Position numbers and translations under genes: made by a program
The notes under the pieces: model-generated
The model's input: the letters and a program-made list of their open reading frames with translations, nothing else
Told to the model about the DNA's origin: nothing
The model's database searches: none
From: an uncultured virus (IMG/VR IMGVR_UViG_3300030098_001091)
Taxonomy: Duplodnaviria; Heunggongvirae; Uroviricota; Caudoviricetes
IMG/VR virus record: IMGVR_UViG_3300030098_001091
DNA: 64,000 bases
Direction: 5' to 3' (one strand)
Part shown: piece after piece, positions 25,038 through 34,500 of the stretch
How positions within the stretch are numbered: the stretch's first letter is position 1
Layout of the letters: each line of letters opens with the position of its first letter

Positions 25038-25574
25038 TCAAGGACGCAGTTTACGAGCAGCCTCCATCGTAGCACGACGCTTATCGACGGCGGAAGCATT
25101 CTTCGCTTCCAGCCACTCGTGGTAGTCCACCTCGCTCTTATGAATCTTTGCACCGGGATAGATCTGCGAAAGCAGCGTCATCCACCACTGCGTTGGAATG
25201 CTGAACTCCTTTGTCCAAGAGCGATCCGTCGCAGGATGCCAGAGCTCCACCTTATAGTGGTTCTCAAATTCCACGAAGCTTTTGTCTAAGGAACGAACGA
25301 CCAGTTGCGTGTGCTCCTGTGTCCGGAAGACTCCGGGCATTGCAGAAAGCATTTGCTCCATGTCGTTATCAGACAGCCATTGAAGTACGCCGTCTGTGTC
25401 CTTGCCTCGTGAGGCGGGCAGGTACCACCACCCAACTGACATATCCTGAGGAAATACCCGTGCACTCACGCCTTCTGACTTTGGGTCATTGTTCGTGATG
25501 AGAACACAGGAACCGTAAGTCCTGTGTATGCACTGATACCGTGATCTCCCGATAGGGAAAATAAACTGTTCCAT
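25038..25574 (-). CDS. Hypothetical protein downstream of RNAP-2
   Basis: AGGAG SD before ATG 25574 (MEQFIFPIG...), 178 aa; the longer ORF-track version crosses a GC hairpin. Confidence 0.6.
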   Translation of the reverse strand: MEQFIFPIGRSRYQCIHRTYGSCVLITNNDPKSEGVSARVFPQDMSVGWWYLPASRGKDTDGVLQWLSDNDMEQMLSAMPGVFRTQEHTQLVVRSLDKSFVEFENHYKVELWHPATDRSWTKEFSIPTQWWMTLLSQIYPGAKIHKSEVDYHEWLEAKNASAVDKRRATMEAARKLRP

Positions 25575-25603
25575 CTTTTGGAACTCCTGTAGTAGTGAGC
25601 ATA

Positions 25604-25634
25604 ACCGGGGGGCAGGAACGCCCCACCCCCCGGT
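25604..25634 (-). terminator. GC-rich hairpin after RNAP-2 (terminator or processing site)
   Basis: ACCGGGGGGTGGGG-CGT-TCCTGCCCCCCGGT on the minus strand; U-tract is weak. Confidence 0.45.
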
Positions 25635-25639
25635 CAGCA

Positions 25640-27490
25640 TCAATTGCAGATCCGAGATTCTGTGGTGAATCCGATCTTCTTGCAAGCGTCAGGGAACAAG
25701 TCAATCAAGGCCTGAGAATCCGCCTTGACATAGGTCAGGGCATCGCCAACGGGACAGCCGCCAGCGTCGTGGATCCCATACATGTTCCCACCATGCACCG
25801 ACATGTCCTTGAAAGTCAGGACAGTACCACATCGGTGCTCGGCATCCTTCATATGGAGCCGACGTGCCAGCAAAGCTGTACCAGCGTCGGACAACTCAGC
25901 TCGATCCACACGGCATGACCCATTGGTCTCTTTACCGGTGACATGGCTGATGTAGGATGTGTGAACCTTCCAGTTGCCCTTCTTAGAGCTACCCGTATCG
26001 TGCTGCTCGACGTTGGAATCGTCGGAAGACTTGAAACGATACGGAGACATGAGGAGGTCACCGCCAATGAAACGCTGATCCCAAGGAGTGTCATCCCACT
26101 CCTTCAGTGCATCCCTGTTAGCCTTACTAAGCGTAGGGAAGCAGTCATTGAACGCCTCAGACAGTTGTTGAGACATCTTCTTCACTTTGGTGTAAACCAA
26201 GAGGTGATGGGGCTCGCCGTGAAGCAAAGCGTTTCGGAGAGCAGCAGGCATCTCGCTAAGATCATCAAGGGATGTGAAGCCCTCTCGGAGTCCGTGCTGA
26301 CCAACAAGTGCGTCAAACACGGGGCCTGCACCTGAGCCATATGTCTTAGGACTGAAGATCTTCTTCAGTATTAGGAGCATTACGCTTGGTGGCAGACTAG
26401 CGAGGAACGGCAGTCCTAGCTCGCGAATAAACGCAAGCAACACTTTACGAGGGTGTTGATACGCCTCGTTCAGCACATCGATGAGTGCCAGTGACAGATT
26501 TGCACCCGTCATCAGCTCGATGAATTTCGGACCCGACCCTTCTGTATCCAGCTCCATCAGGAATCTGGACTGCCGATCTTTCATCGGCAAACGCTCAAGG
26601 CGACTGAACTCTAATGCCGCCGCATACTCATAAGCGCCACAGCCATCCTTTCCAGTTGCTCCCGCCAGCAAAGACGCTTTCGGGTCGGACAGGATGGAAC
26701 CACACCAATCCTTGAGACTGGCTTTACCGGCGAAGTGCCGCTTCAGCCAGCTCTTAAAGAACACCCAGTGCTGGTGGTCAATCGGCACTGGGTACGCCAG
26801 CTCCATCATTGCACGGCACTGTTGGCCGAACATGGGGTGAAGCGTGCCCGCAGACTTAGCGTACATACGCAAAGCCCAACAGAATGTAGACATGGCGACG
26901 TAGAAGGGCTCGTATTCCGTTGCCGTGGCCATTGGCCGTAGGCGATAGGGGTAGAAGCTCTCCTGAGCAGAGAACCGAGTGTTCTCAGTATTGCCCAATG
27001 GAATGTCACCACGCACCTCCCAAAAGAGGTTGTCCATCTCGCGATTCACCACAAAGGGTGTGCCGCTCAACGTCTGGGCGGCTTCGCGGGCAAGCGGTGT
27101 AGGAGACAAGTCAGTCCGTCGGCTGACTCGTGGAGTCCACAGCCCATCCAGTTTGGGTGGGCTAGTGTGGTGGTGCTGGATGATGGGATTAGACTTCTTA
27201 GCCGAGAGCCATACAGCCAGCACTTCTTCCGCTGCTCCCTGCAAGATTTCCAGTCGACGGTCGTATAGGTCCGGACGCTCCTTAAGGGCATCAATAGCTA
27301 CTCCTTGCTGGTAGAACTCTACGAGCTTGGGATTATCGTTCCGAGCATTGCCGGAGCGAAACGCCACATCGATGTCGATGTTTCGTACCTTACCGCTGAC
27401 TGGAGTCAGCAGGTGGTTCTGCGTGTGTCTTTTGACAAGCTCTCGCTCATCAGGGGTCAAACACACACCCGATTTCTTCGATCCGCTCAA
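25640..27490 (-). CDS. Divergent second T7-superfamily RNA polymerase (RNAP-2, about 616 aa)
   Basis: Collinear T7 RNAP motifs: TPFVVNREM, FYVAMSTFCWALRMYA..LHPM, motif A MELDTEGSG, motif B KKIFSPKTYGSG, RLHMKDAEH, motif C GIHDAGG. GGAGG SD lies 8 nt before TTG 27490; the ORF track extends it to 27598. Confidence 0.8.
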   Translation of the reverse strand: MSGSKKSGVCLTPDERELVKRHTQNHLLTPVSGKVRNIDIDVAFRSGNARNDNPKLVEFYQQGVAIDALKERPDLYDRRLEILQGAAEEVLAVWLSAKKSNPIIQHHHTSPPKLDGLWTPRVSRRTDLSPTPLAREAAQTLSGTPFVVNREMDNLFWEVRGDIPLGNTENTRFSAQESFYPYRLRPMATATEYEPFYVAMSTFCWALRMYAKSAGTLHPMFGQQCRAMMELAYPVPIDHQHWVFFKSWLKRHFAGKASLKDWCGSILSDPKASLLAGATGKDGCGAYEYAAALEFSRLERLPMKDRQSRFLMELDTEGSGPKFIELMTGANLSLALIDVLNEAYQHPRKVLLAFIRELGLPFLASLPPSVMLLILKKIFSPKTYGSGAGPVFDALVGQHGLREGFTSLDDLSEMPAALRNALLHGEPHHLLVYTKVKKMSQQLSEAFNDCFPTLSKANRDALKEWDDTPWDQRFIGGDLLMSPYRFKSSDDSNVEQHDTGSSKKGNWKVHTSYISHVTGKETNGSCRVDRAELSDAGTALLARRLHMKDAEHRCGTVLTFKDMSVHGGNMYGIHDAGGCPVGDALTYVKADSQALIDLFPDACKKIGFTTESRICN

Positions 27491-27684
27491 TTGAGTATCC
27501 TCCAATAGTGGATCAAATACACGCTGGGCCGCCGACCTAGCCGACGTGATACCCAGCGATATTGCTTGCATACCGCACTTAAGTGTACGCAAACACACCG
27601 ATGGTTACAACCTTAATGGTTATTCTTCCTCGTCTTCAGTCCTTCCGTAGACTGATCTAGTCTTCACACTGAGGCTTTAGCCTC

Positions 27685-27714
27685 AAAGCCCACCCAAGAC
27701 CGTTAAGTCTTGGG
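27685..27714 (-). repeat. Hairpin repeat copy 1 (terminator-like or hairpin promoter)
   Basis: AAAGCCCACCCAAGACCGTTAAGTCTTGGG; 29/30 identical to 27929-27958. Confidence 0.75.
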
Positions 27715-27723
27715 CAGGTGAGA

Positions 27724-27930
27724 TCATCGGCGGTTATTCCAGCCAACGGTGCCTAGGGCTACGCCTAGAAGACCACCGATGATCAGCAGAAATGCGGGAA
27801 GATAATCTTCCGGACTACGGTTTGCAAGGAATAGTATCCCTGCCGTCAGGCTAGCAAAACCCCAAAGGATCATGATAGCACAAGTGCATGCTAGAATTAC
27901 GGCCTCTAGCTGGCTCTTGGAAAAGAACAA
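27724..27930 (-). CDS. Small two-helix membrane protein
   Basis: Two hydrophobic segments; start uncertain because there is no clear SD. Confidence 0.4.
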   Translation of the reverse strand: MFFSKSQLEAVILACTCAIMILWGFASLTAGILFLANRSPEDYLPAFLLIIGGLLGVALGTVGWNNRR

Positions 27931-27958
27931 AGCCCACCCAAGACCGTTAAGCCTTGGG
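27929..27958 (-). repeat. Hairpin repeat copy 2 (terminator-like or hairpin promoter)
   Basis: AAAGCCCACCCAAGACCGTTAAGCCTTGGG; followed on the minus strand by TTTGTTCTTTT. Confidence 0.75.
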
Positions 27959-27982
27959 TGGGTGGAACCCTTCCCGGTTCGT

Positions 27983-28162
27983 TTACTCTAGATCGCTGGG
28001 ACGAATGACAATCTTATCATCGCCCTGTCCGTGGATGACAATAGGCTCATCCTTTTCGTCGAGATCTTGGTACTTGTAGTCAGTACCAAGTGCCCTTGCA
28101 ATCAGAATCAAACCAATGAATGGTATGATAATGGTTGCACCGATAATGAAATAGCTAAGCAT
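27983..28162 (-). CDS. Small membrane-anchored protein (59 aa)
   Basis: Hand-translated MLSYFIIGATIIIPFIGLILIARALGTDYKYQDLDEKDEPIVIHGQGDDKIVIRPSDLE; AAAGGAA SD. Confidence 0.55.
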   Translation of the reverse strand: MLSYFIIGATIIIPFIGLILIARALGTDYKYQDLDEKDEPIVIHGQGDDKIVIRPSDLE

Positions 28163-28247
28163 TGCTATTCCTTTCTGCCCACTAAGGGGCTACGGGGGGG
28201 AACAAACACTTTGTTCCCTTACCAAGCCCCAGACAAATTCGCGACCC

Positions 28248-28583
28248 CTAAGTCGATTTTCGTTTCCTCCTCGGTCTGCTTACGATAGCGGCGATGGCTA
28301 ATAACCCCAAGGCACCCGGTGCTGGCAAGATAACAGGATCTCGTTTGCCGAACTGGGAGCCGAATCCTTGCACGGATTCCAACGCTTCACTGATGGAATC
28401 CAACGCCTCTTTCCCAAAGATGGCGAGGATGGCTACCCCCACCAATGTACCGATGAATACCTTCTTGTTCAGCTTCTTCAGTTTCTGCTCTTTGGCTCGA
28501 TTACTCTTTTGACATTTGCTCAGGTCTTCACGGAGTTTCTTGATTTCACTATCCCTACATATCGGACATTCATTAGGTTCCAT
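28248..28583 (-). CDS. Membrane protein with C-terminal PEP-CTERM-like (PAP variant) sorting signal
   Basis: Coiled coil, one transmembrane helix, then LPAPGALGLLAIAAIVSRPRRKRK at the C-terminus; AGGAGG SD. Confidence 0.7.
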   Translation of the reverse strand: MEPNECPICRDSEIKKLREDLSKCQKSNRAKEQKLKKLNKKVFIGTLVGVAILAIFGKEALDSISEALESVQGFGSQFGKRDPVILPAPGALGLLAIAAIVSRPRRKRKST

Positions 28584-28593
28584 TTGTCTCCTC

Positions 28594-31500
28594 CTATGCT
28601 AATTGATCGCTGTCTGGTATCTCCAAAGCTGGGGCCTGCTGGCCTATTTGCCCCACAACGTCCGGAGAAGCCGTCTCAGCCGTTTCGGGCTCTGGGGTAG
28701 GCTGGGGTGCTTCCTGTTCCTGAACGGGCTGTACGGGGCTCTCCGGGCCTCTGACGGGCTGCGGAGGTTCTGCCTGAGGTCTTCCCATATCGAAGCCTCT
28801 TTGGGCCTGCTCTGCCATCAGGTGCTGTTGCCAGTTAGGATGCCTGAGTCCCATCTCTTCGATTATCATTCTCATAGCCTCATCCGTAGTATGATCTAAA
28901 CTATGGGTTGGGTGTCTAAACATTCCTCCCGCAAGGTTAGGACTACCGGTTCGTCTGGAGGAACGAGAGGCTGGGGAATCGGTAAGAACGTGCAGGGGAA
29001 GGCGGACCATGGCATCTCCAATAAAGGGCATGTTTCGCATAGCATTGATCCAATCCGTATTCTCTAATTCTCCACCAATCATTTTTGTAACAAAAGCCCT
29101 CAGGTTATTAAGCATTGACATACCACCAGCCGCTGAAATGAAGGCTCCCGGAGTTCGGGAAGCTGGGTTTTCCACAGTCAACCCGGTAAGGAATTCACCA
29201 ATCATATTCAAGTATCGACCCATGATAGGAAGTCTAAAGCCGTAAGTCATAAAGAATGCTGTTGGACTATCTTCCAGATCTTCCATAATGTCTTCCCATT
29301 CGTCTCCACTAGCCATTCTTAAGAGCATCATATATGTCAGATCCAAAGCACACATGGTAATCAGTCTTACACCCATAGCAGTCAAGCCAAGGTGATTGGC
29401 GTTTCTCATAATGAGCTGACTATTGAATAACATACCATATCGTCTATAGATTTCAAACAGCCTTTCAGATCTAGCATCATCTGTATTAATGTCAAAGGCA
29501 TTGGGGTTCACAAGGATCTCATTTACAAAAGCCTTTTCCATAATCTTAAGACCACCAATAACATCTAAGCTTTTGTGGTATTCTTCTCGATTGGCTAAAG
29601 TATCTGTTTTGCTGAGATAGTTTCTAATCTGATTTGGACTGTAAGTTCCTTTTTCCTTCTTATTATTAAAATCATTAAGTAGGGATGTCAAGCGTGGATA
29701 AGCTGATGCGTCTAAGAAGCCAGCTCTTAACATGTAGGTAATAACTCTACCGTACTTTCGGGGATTAATGCCAGCATCTTTCATATGCTTTTCTAAAGCC
29801 ATGGGATCTGGCAGCACTAAATCAGACTGCTTAAATTTCCCCTCCATAAGCTGACCCTGTTCGTCTAAAGCAAAGTTGACGTAACCATCTCGTTCTTTTT
29901 TGATGGTGAGTTTAGATTGCTTGGGGTCATTCAGGATCGCTACTAACTTAGTAAGTTTCCCAGACTGCATTAATTCAAATACAGACTTGCGGAAAATCTG
30001 AGCACGGCTTGTAGCCATAGCTCCCATAATCCATTGCGAGGGCCTCATCATTTGGTTTCCCCATCCGTCAATAAAGTTAGCGGTTTTACCCAATGCTTTA
30101 TTACCAGAGCTTGCTTGTAATAGCGGTCTGTCATAGTCAGGGACATGAGCCTGAGTCATAACTCCAATTAAATCTAACAGATCTCTAGAGGTTTCTTTAA
30201 ACTCTTCAGTACCTAATGCTGCTGGACCTAAAGCGGTTAATGCTTTAAAGAATCCTCTCCATCCTTGAGGACCAAGTGCAGATGTTAAAGTATTCATTGC
30301 ATACTCTACGGTTATAGTAGCTAACGACAGATTACCACCGAATGCAATCTTAGTAATACCCGGAGCAATCTCAACAAAGAAGTCTTTCCAAGGATCATGC
30401 GGCTGTTGTGTTTGCCGGATGCCTCGAATATACTTATACTTATCCCGGAGAGTGGTGATTGAATCGTTAATGTTTTCTGCGGCAATGCGATCTATTTGAG
30501 TGCCATCCATGTTTCGCCAAGACGCGTCGGTATTGGCTTCTGCAAACAGATTTAACGCATCTCCAATAGTACCGTAGATTTCAAAGTTATCGATCATTAA
30601 CATAAGCTCAGTAACTTCGTCTGCGATTCCTTTCATATAATCGTTAATCAGAGATGTTGGATGTGTTACTATATTATCTAAAATAGTGGAATCAAGTGTA
30701 GCAGCAACCGCAACAGATGGAACAAACCAAGCATCGTTGGGTAAATACATTTGCATTCCTGCTCGGTTAATGAGATTGTACACATGAACATCAATCGGAT
30801 TTTTTCTTCTGAATTTAAAAGGAGCAACCTTGTCTTCGGGGGCCATCCAGCCAATTGCTTGTGCATGTCTATCAGACTTACCGGGTTTGTACAGTTTCAT
30901 TAATCTCTGCTCGAAATCTCCAGATCGATTGCTACCTGTTATGACATCGTTTTGACCACGACGCATAGCTGAAACATCTACTCCTTCTTGACTCAAATGA
31001 GCCCAAGCAATGTTTCCTCTAGTCAGCTGTCTCATAAAGGAATGGAGTCCTTCTTGAGTTTCTCTAATAGCTTTCAGTTCACCGTCTCTCAATCGACGCA
31101 TAAGATTTGTTTGGAAATCAGCAACAGTTTTTTGAGCTTCGGTTTCATTAAGAACCTTATTCCCTTTTGGCTTAAGGCCTTGCCATCCAAGTTCAATGTT
31201 CTGCTCATCCGAATGGTAAGCGATGTACTCAATCAAAACCTTTCTAAAGTTTGGATCTAAAGCTTCCATTTCTTTTACCATACTAGCTGAATCACCAAAG
31301 TCTGGAAGATAACCTAAAGCAAATAAACTTACTGGATCAATATAATCACTGTCCCTAAGCTTTGCAATGAACATCTCGCTTAGGCTATCTCTAAGTGATT
31401 CAAGACCTTCAGCAGAATGTTCGTTAAATTTCCAACCAACTTTGTTTGTTGCGGCATTACCCCAATCTCCAATAGATTTCTTTCTATCAATAAGAACATT

Positions 31501-34500
31501 CATAAAGTCATTTAAATCATCAGCAATAGATTGCATATGACCTAAGACTTTATTTTGTTTTTCCGCAGAAAGATTATCAAACAGAACACGGGCCGGTCCC
31601 TTGATAGCATCCTTAAGATTTACGTTATCAGAATCAACAGCTAACAAAATTGCAAGGTGTATTCCCTTTAACTGCTCTCCTCTTGATTCGGATATCTTAC
31701 CCGCAACTAAAGCTCTTACTCCACCAAAGATTTTTTCAATCTCATCATAAGTAGAGTGTATACTATTTTGGTGGGTTCGAAGCTTTTCCATGTTTCTACT
31801 TAGTGAGGCTGTTCCTTGAAGATTGGTCCAGCTACCCATTGTCGAAACAATCTGATCATCTAATAGCGCGGTAAACCAGACCGGAATAATATGCATAGCA
31901 TTATAAGTAGCACCAGCACCAGAAGGTCCAACTTGGCCAGTAACAATAAATCGCTTAAGGGTATTATGATCTCCGGTTCCTAAGACCTTATCCAAGATCT
32001 TATCAAACCATTTTGTAAAGGCATTTGCTTTGGCTCCAGCTTTTCGAGAAACCTGATTACCAAAACCTCGACTAGTACCTGTAGAGTCTTTAAACTTTTC
32101 AATAAGTACTTGCATTGCCGCAAGACGTTCATCTGTACTTAATTCCAGATCACCTTCTCTAACTCCTTGCCTCATAGCTTTAATGTCTAAAACTATTTTT
32201 TCCTTTTGATCCGGTCCTATTTTCTCAATAGAGCGCCCGTACTTTTTGTATAAGCGTTGCTTTGCTGAAAAGAATTGATACCTAGTTAAGCCAGTTTCTA
32301 GTATAGTATCATGTTCAGCCGTTAATCCTTGACGAACCATAGTAGAATCAACATCAGGTCTAATAATATTGTGAAGGACATTGTGTCTTTCTACTTGTTC
32401 AGGAGAAAGATTATCAAGTCCCTGTTCAGATAAACTATCGTATTCTTTAACCATTGCTTCAAATACTGCATCGTCATATCTAAATGATTCGTCTACACCC
32501 TTAGTTGAGTGAGTTTCTGTATACTCAGGACCAAACTCAAAGGATTGCCTCAGTCTTTGCTCTGGTGCTGGGGCCAGTAAATGTGTTTGAGAATCAAGAT
32601 CAAATCCAAACAAGCGATTCATCAAGCGGTTTACATCAGGATTTTGTAACTCTTCAGACCAAATAAAACCAATCTTCTCAAAGATTCTTCGCATATAACC
32701 AAAGACTTTACTTAACCAAGGCATAGCATCCTTCAAGACGCTATGTTCTTCTACGGTAAAGTCTTCTTTCAATAAAGTATTAAAATCACCGAGAAGATAG
32801 AAAGACCCAAGAGATGCAATAAACTCATCTACGTTTTCCATCGCATACTTTACTTCAGCTTTAGTATCTGCTGTTTCAATTCCACCATGCCAAGCTGTAT
32901 ATAACTTAGTCATTAAGCTATGGCCCTTCTGATTCATTAAAGCTTCAAATCGGTGGTAGGCAGCTGGGTCATTCATAATAAATTCCATTGCGCCTTGGTG
33001 TGCTAATTCGTGAGCAAGGATCAATACTGGGCTAAGTCTGTCATTGGCTCGACGTGCCTGTCCACCAATTGAAATAGTTCTACGACCAGTTCGTGTATCG
33101 GTATCGATTCTACCGCCACGAAGTTCTTTCATGAATTCTAATTTAAGATCCTGCAAGCCCATTGGGTTGAATAGGTACATATTAACAATAAGCTTTCGCA
33201 TCATGCGAGCCTGTCTCTCATCTATATTACCTTCGTCTACCATGTCTTGGATATTTTGATTAAGTTCTCTGATCGGTCTGAACCCTGTCTCATTAGCCAT
33301 CTCTTCCATTCGTTCGTACTTACGATGGAAGTTTCTCTTTCGGATCTTGGCTCTGCTTCTTATTGAGAAAGCTCTTTGTTCAACTTCAAGAGGATTAATA
33401 TCTCCCAATGTATCCAGCTCCATTTTACCTGAGGGTATATTTAACTGATCATTCACGGCAGATTCTATTGCTTGCTTCGCTAGATACTCTAAGGCAGCTT
33501 CTCCAGTTTTTCCATAGAGATTTTCAATCCGAGTCAAATGGTGGCTAGGAATAGATTCTAAATTCCACAGGTTTTTAGACCTAAGCCATGATATAAAGGC
33601 GCGCTCGGTTGAGGTGGCGTGTCTAATATGTCCAGCCTCTACACTATCTCCCAGATGGTTTAACGCAGCTGTATTTCCTCTATAGGAGACTGATGTACTT
33701 TCCCCTTGTTTAGTAATAATGTCTACAGTTTCCAACTGGTTTATAGTAATCGGATCTTTCAATTCCGCAACCGAAGCTGTGGCATCTCCCTCTTGATTAC
33801 CGTATTCAACCGCTACGGGTATCACTGCCAATTTATCAGCACGGACACCAAACTCATTCCATAATATCATATTATAAAGCGATAGCTGCTTAGACCACTC
33901 TGATTTCTTTTCTTCTCGGATCACGGTTTCTCCGGTATCCGTTTGTTTCTTAGTCTTTACATCGTAGATAGTAATTTCACCGGTTGTTCTATTTCTAGTT
34001 AAGACATCAAACTCACCCCGAAGACCAATCTTTGTATCCATTATCATTACTTTATCGACCATAATCTCATCCGTTTCCAAGATCTTCTTCTTGAGGTCAA
34101 GCATCTGGTCTATAAACTTATTAAACTTTTCTTCAGTATCGATATAAGGTTTGTCTCGTTCTGTTCTATAGGATTCCCAATTAGGTCGTTCTTCAGATCT
34201 GAAGACATCTCTAACCAAGTTGTCAATATTCTCTCCGACAGTAAATGCATTTTGAAGGACAGGATCGTTATTCATTTCTTGAATTGTTTTATCTAATTCA
34301 TTAATCTTAAACTCTAAAGACTTAACAGAAGAATCTGTTTCCGGGATTCCTGATTGGATAAGTTCATCTCTATCTTTTCTAAGTTTAGTTAAAAGATATC
34401 TAGAGTTGGTACGAATAGACTGGGTAACGCTTGTGGCAGGTCCAGAATATGCTTTAAATTCCTCTTGCCTATTTTTAATCCGATCAAAGATAGTTTCTCT

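Noticed and set aside
27685..27958. Mini CRISPR array
   Set aside because: Only two copies, separated by 214 nt containing an ORF; no cas genes.
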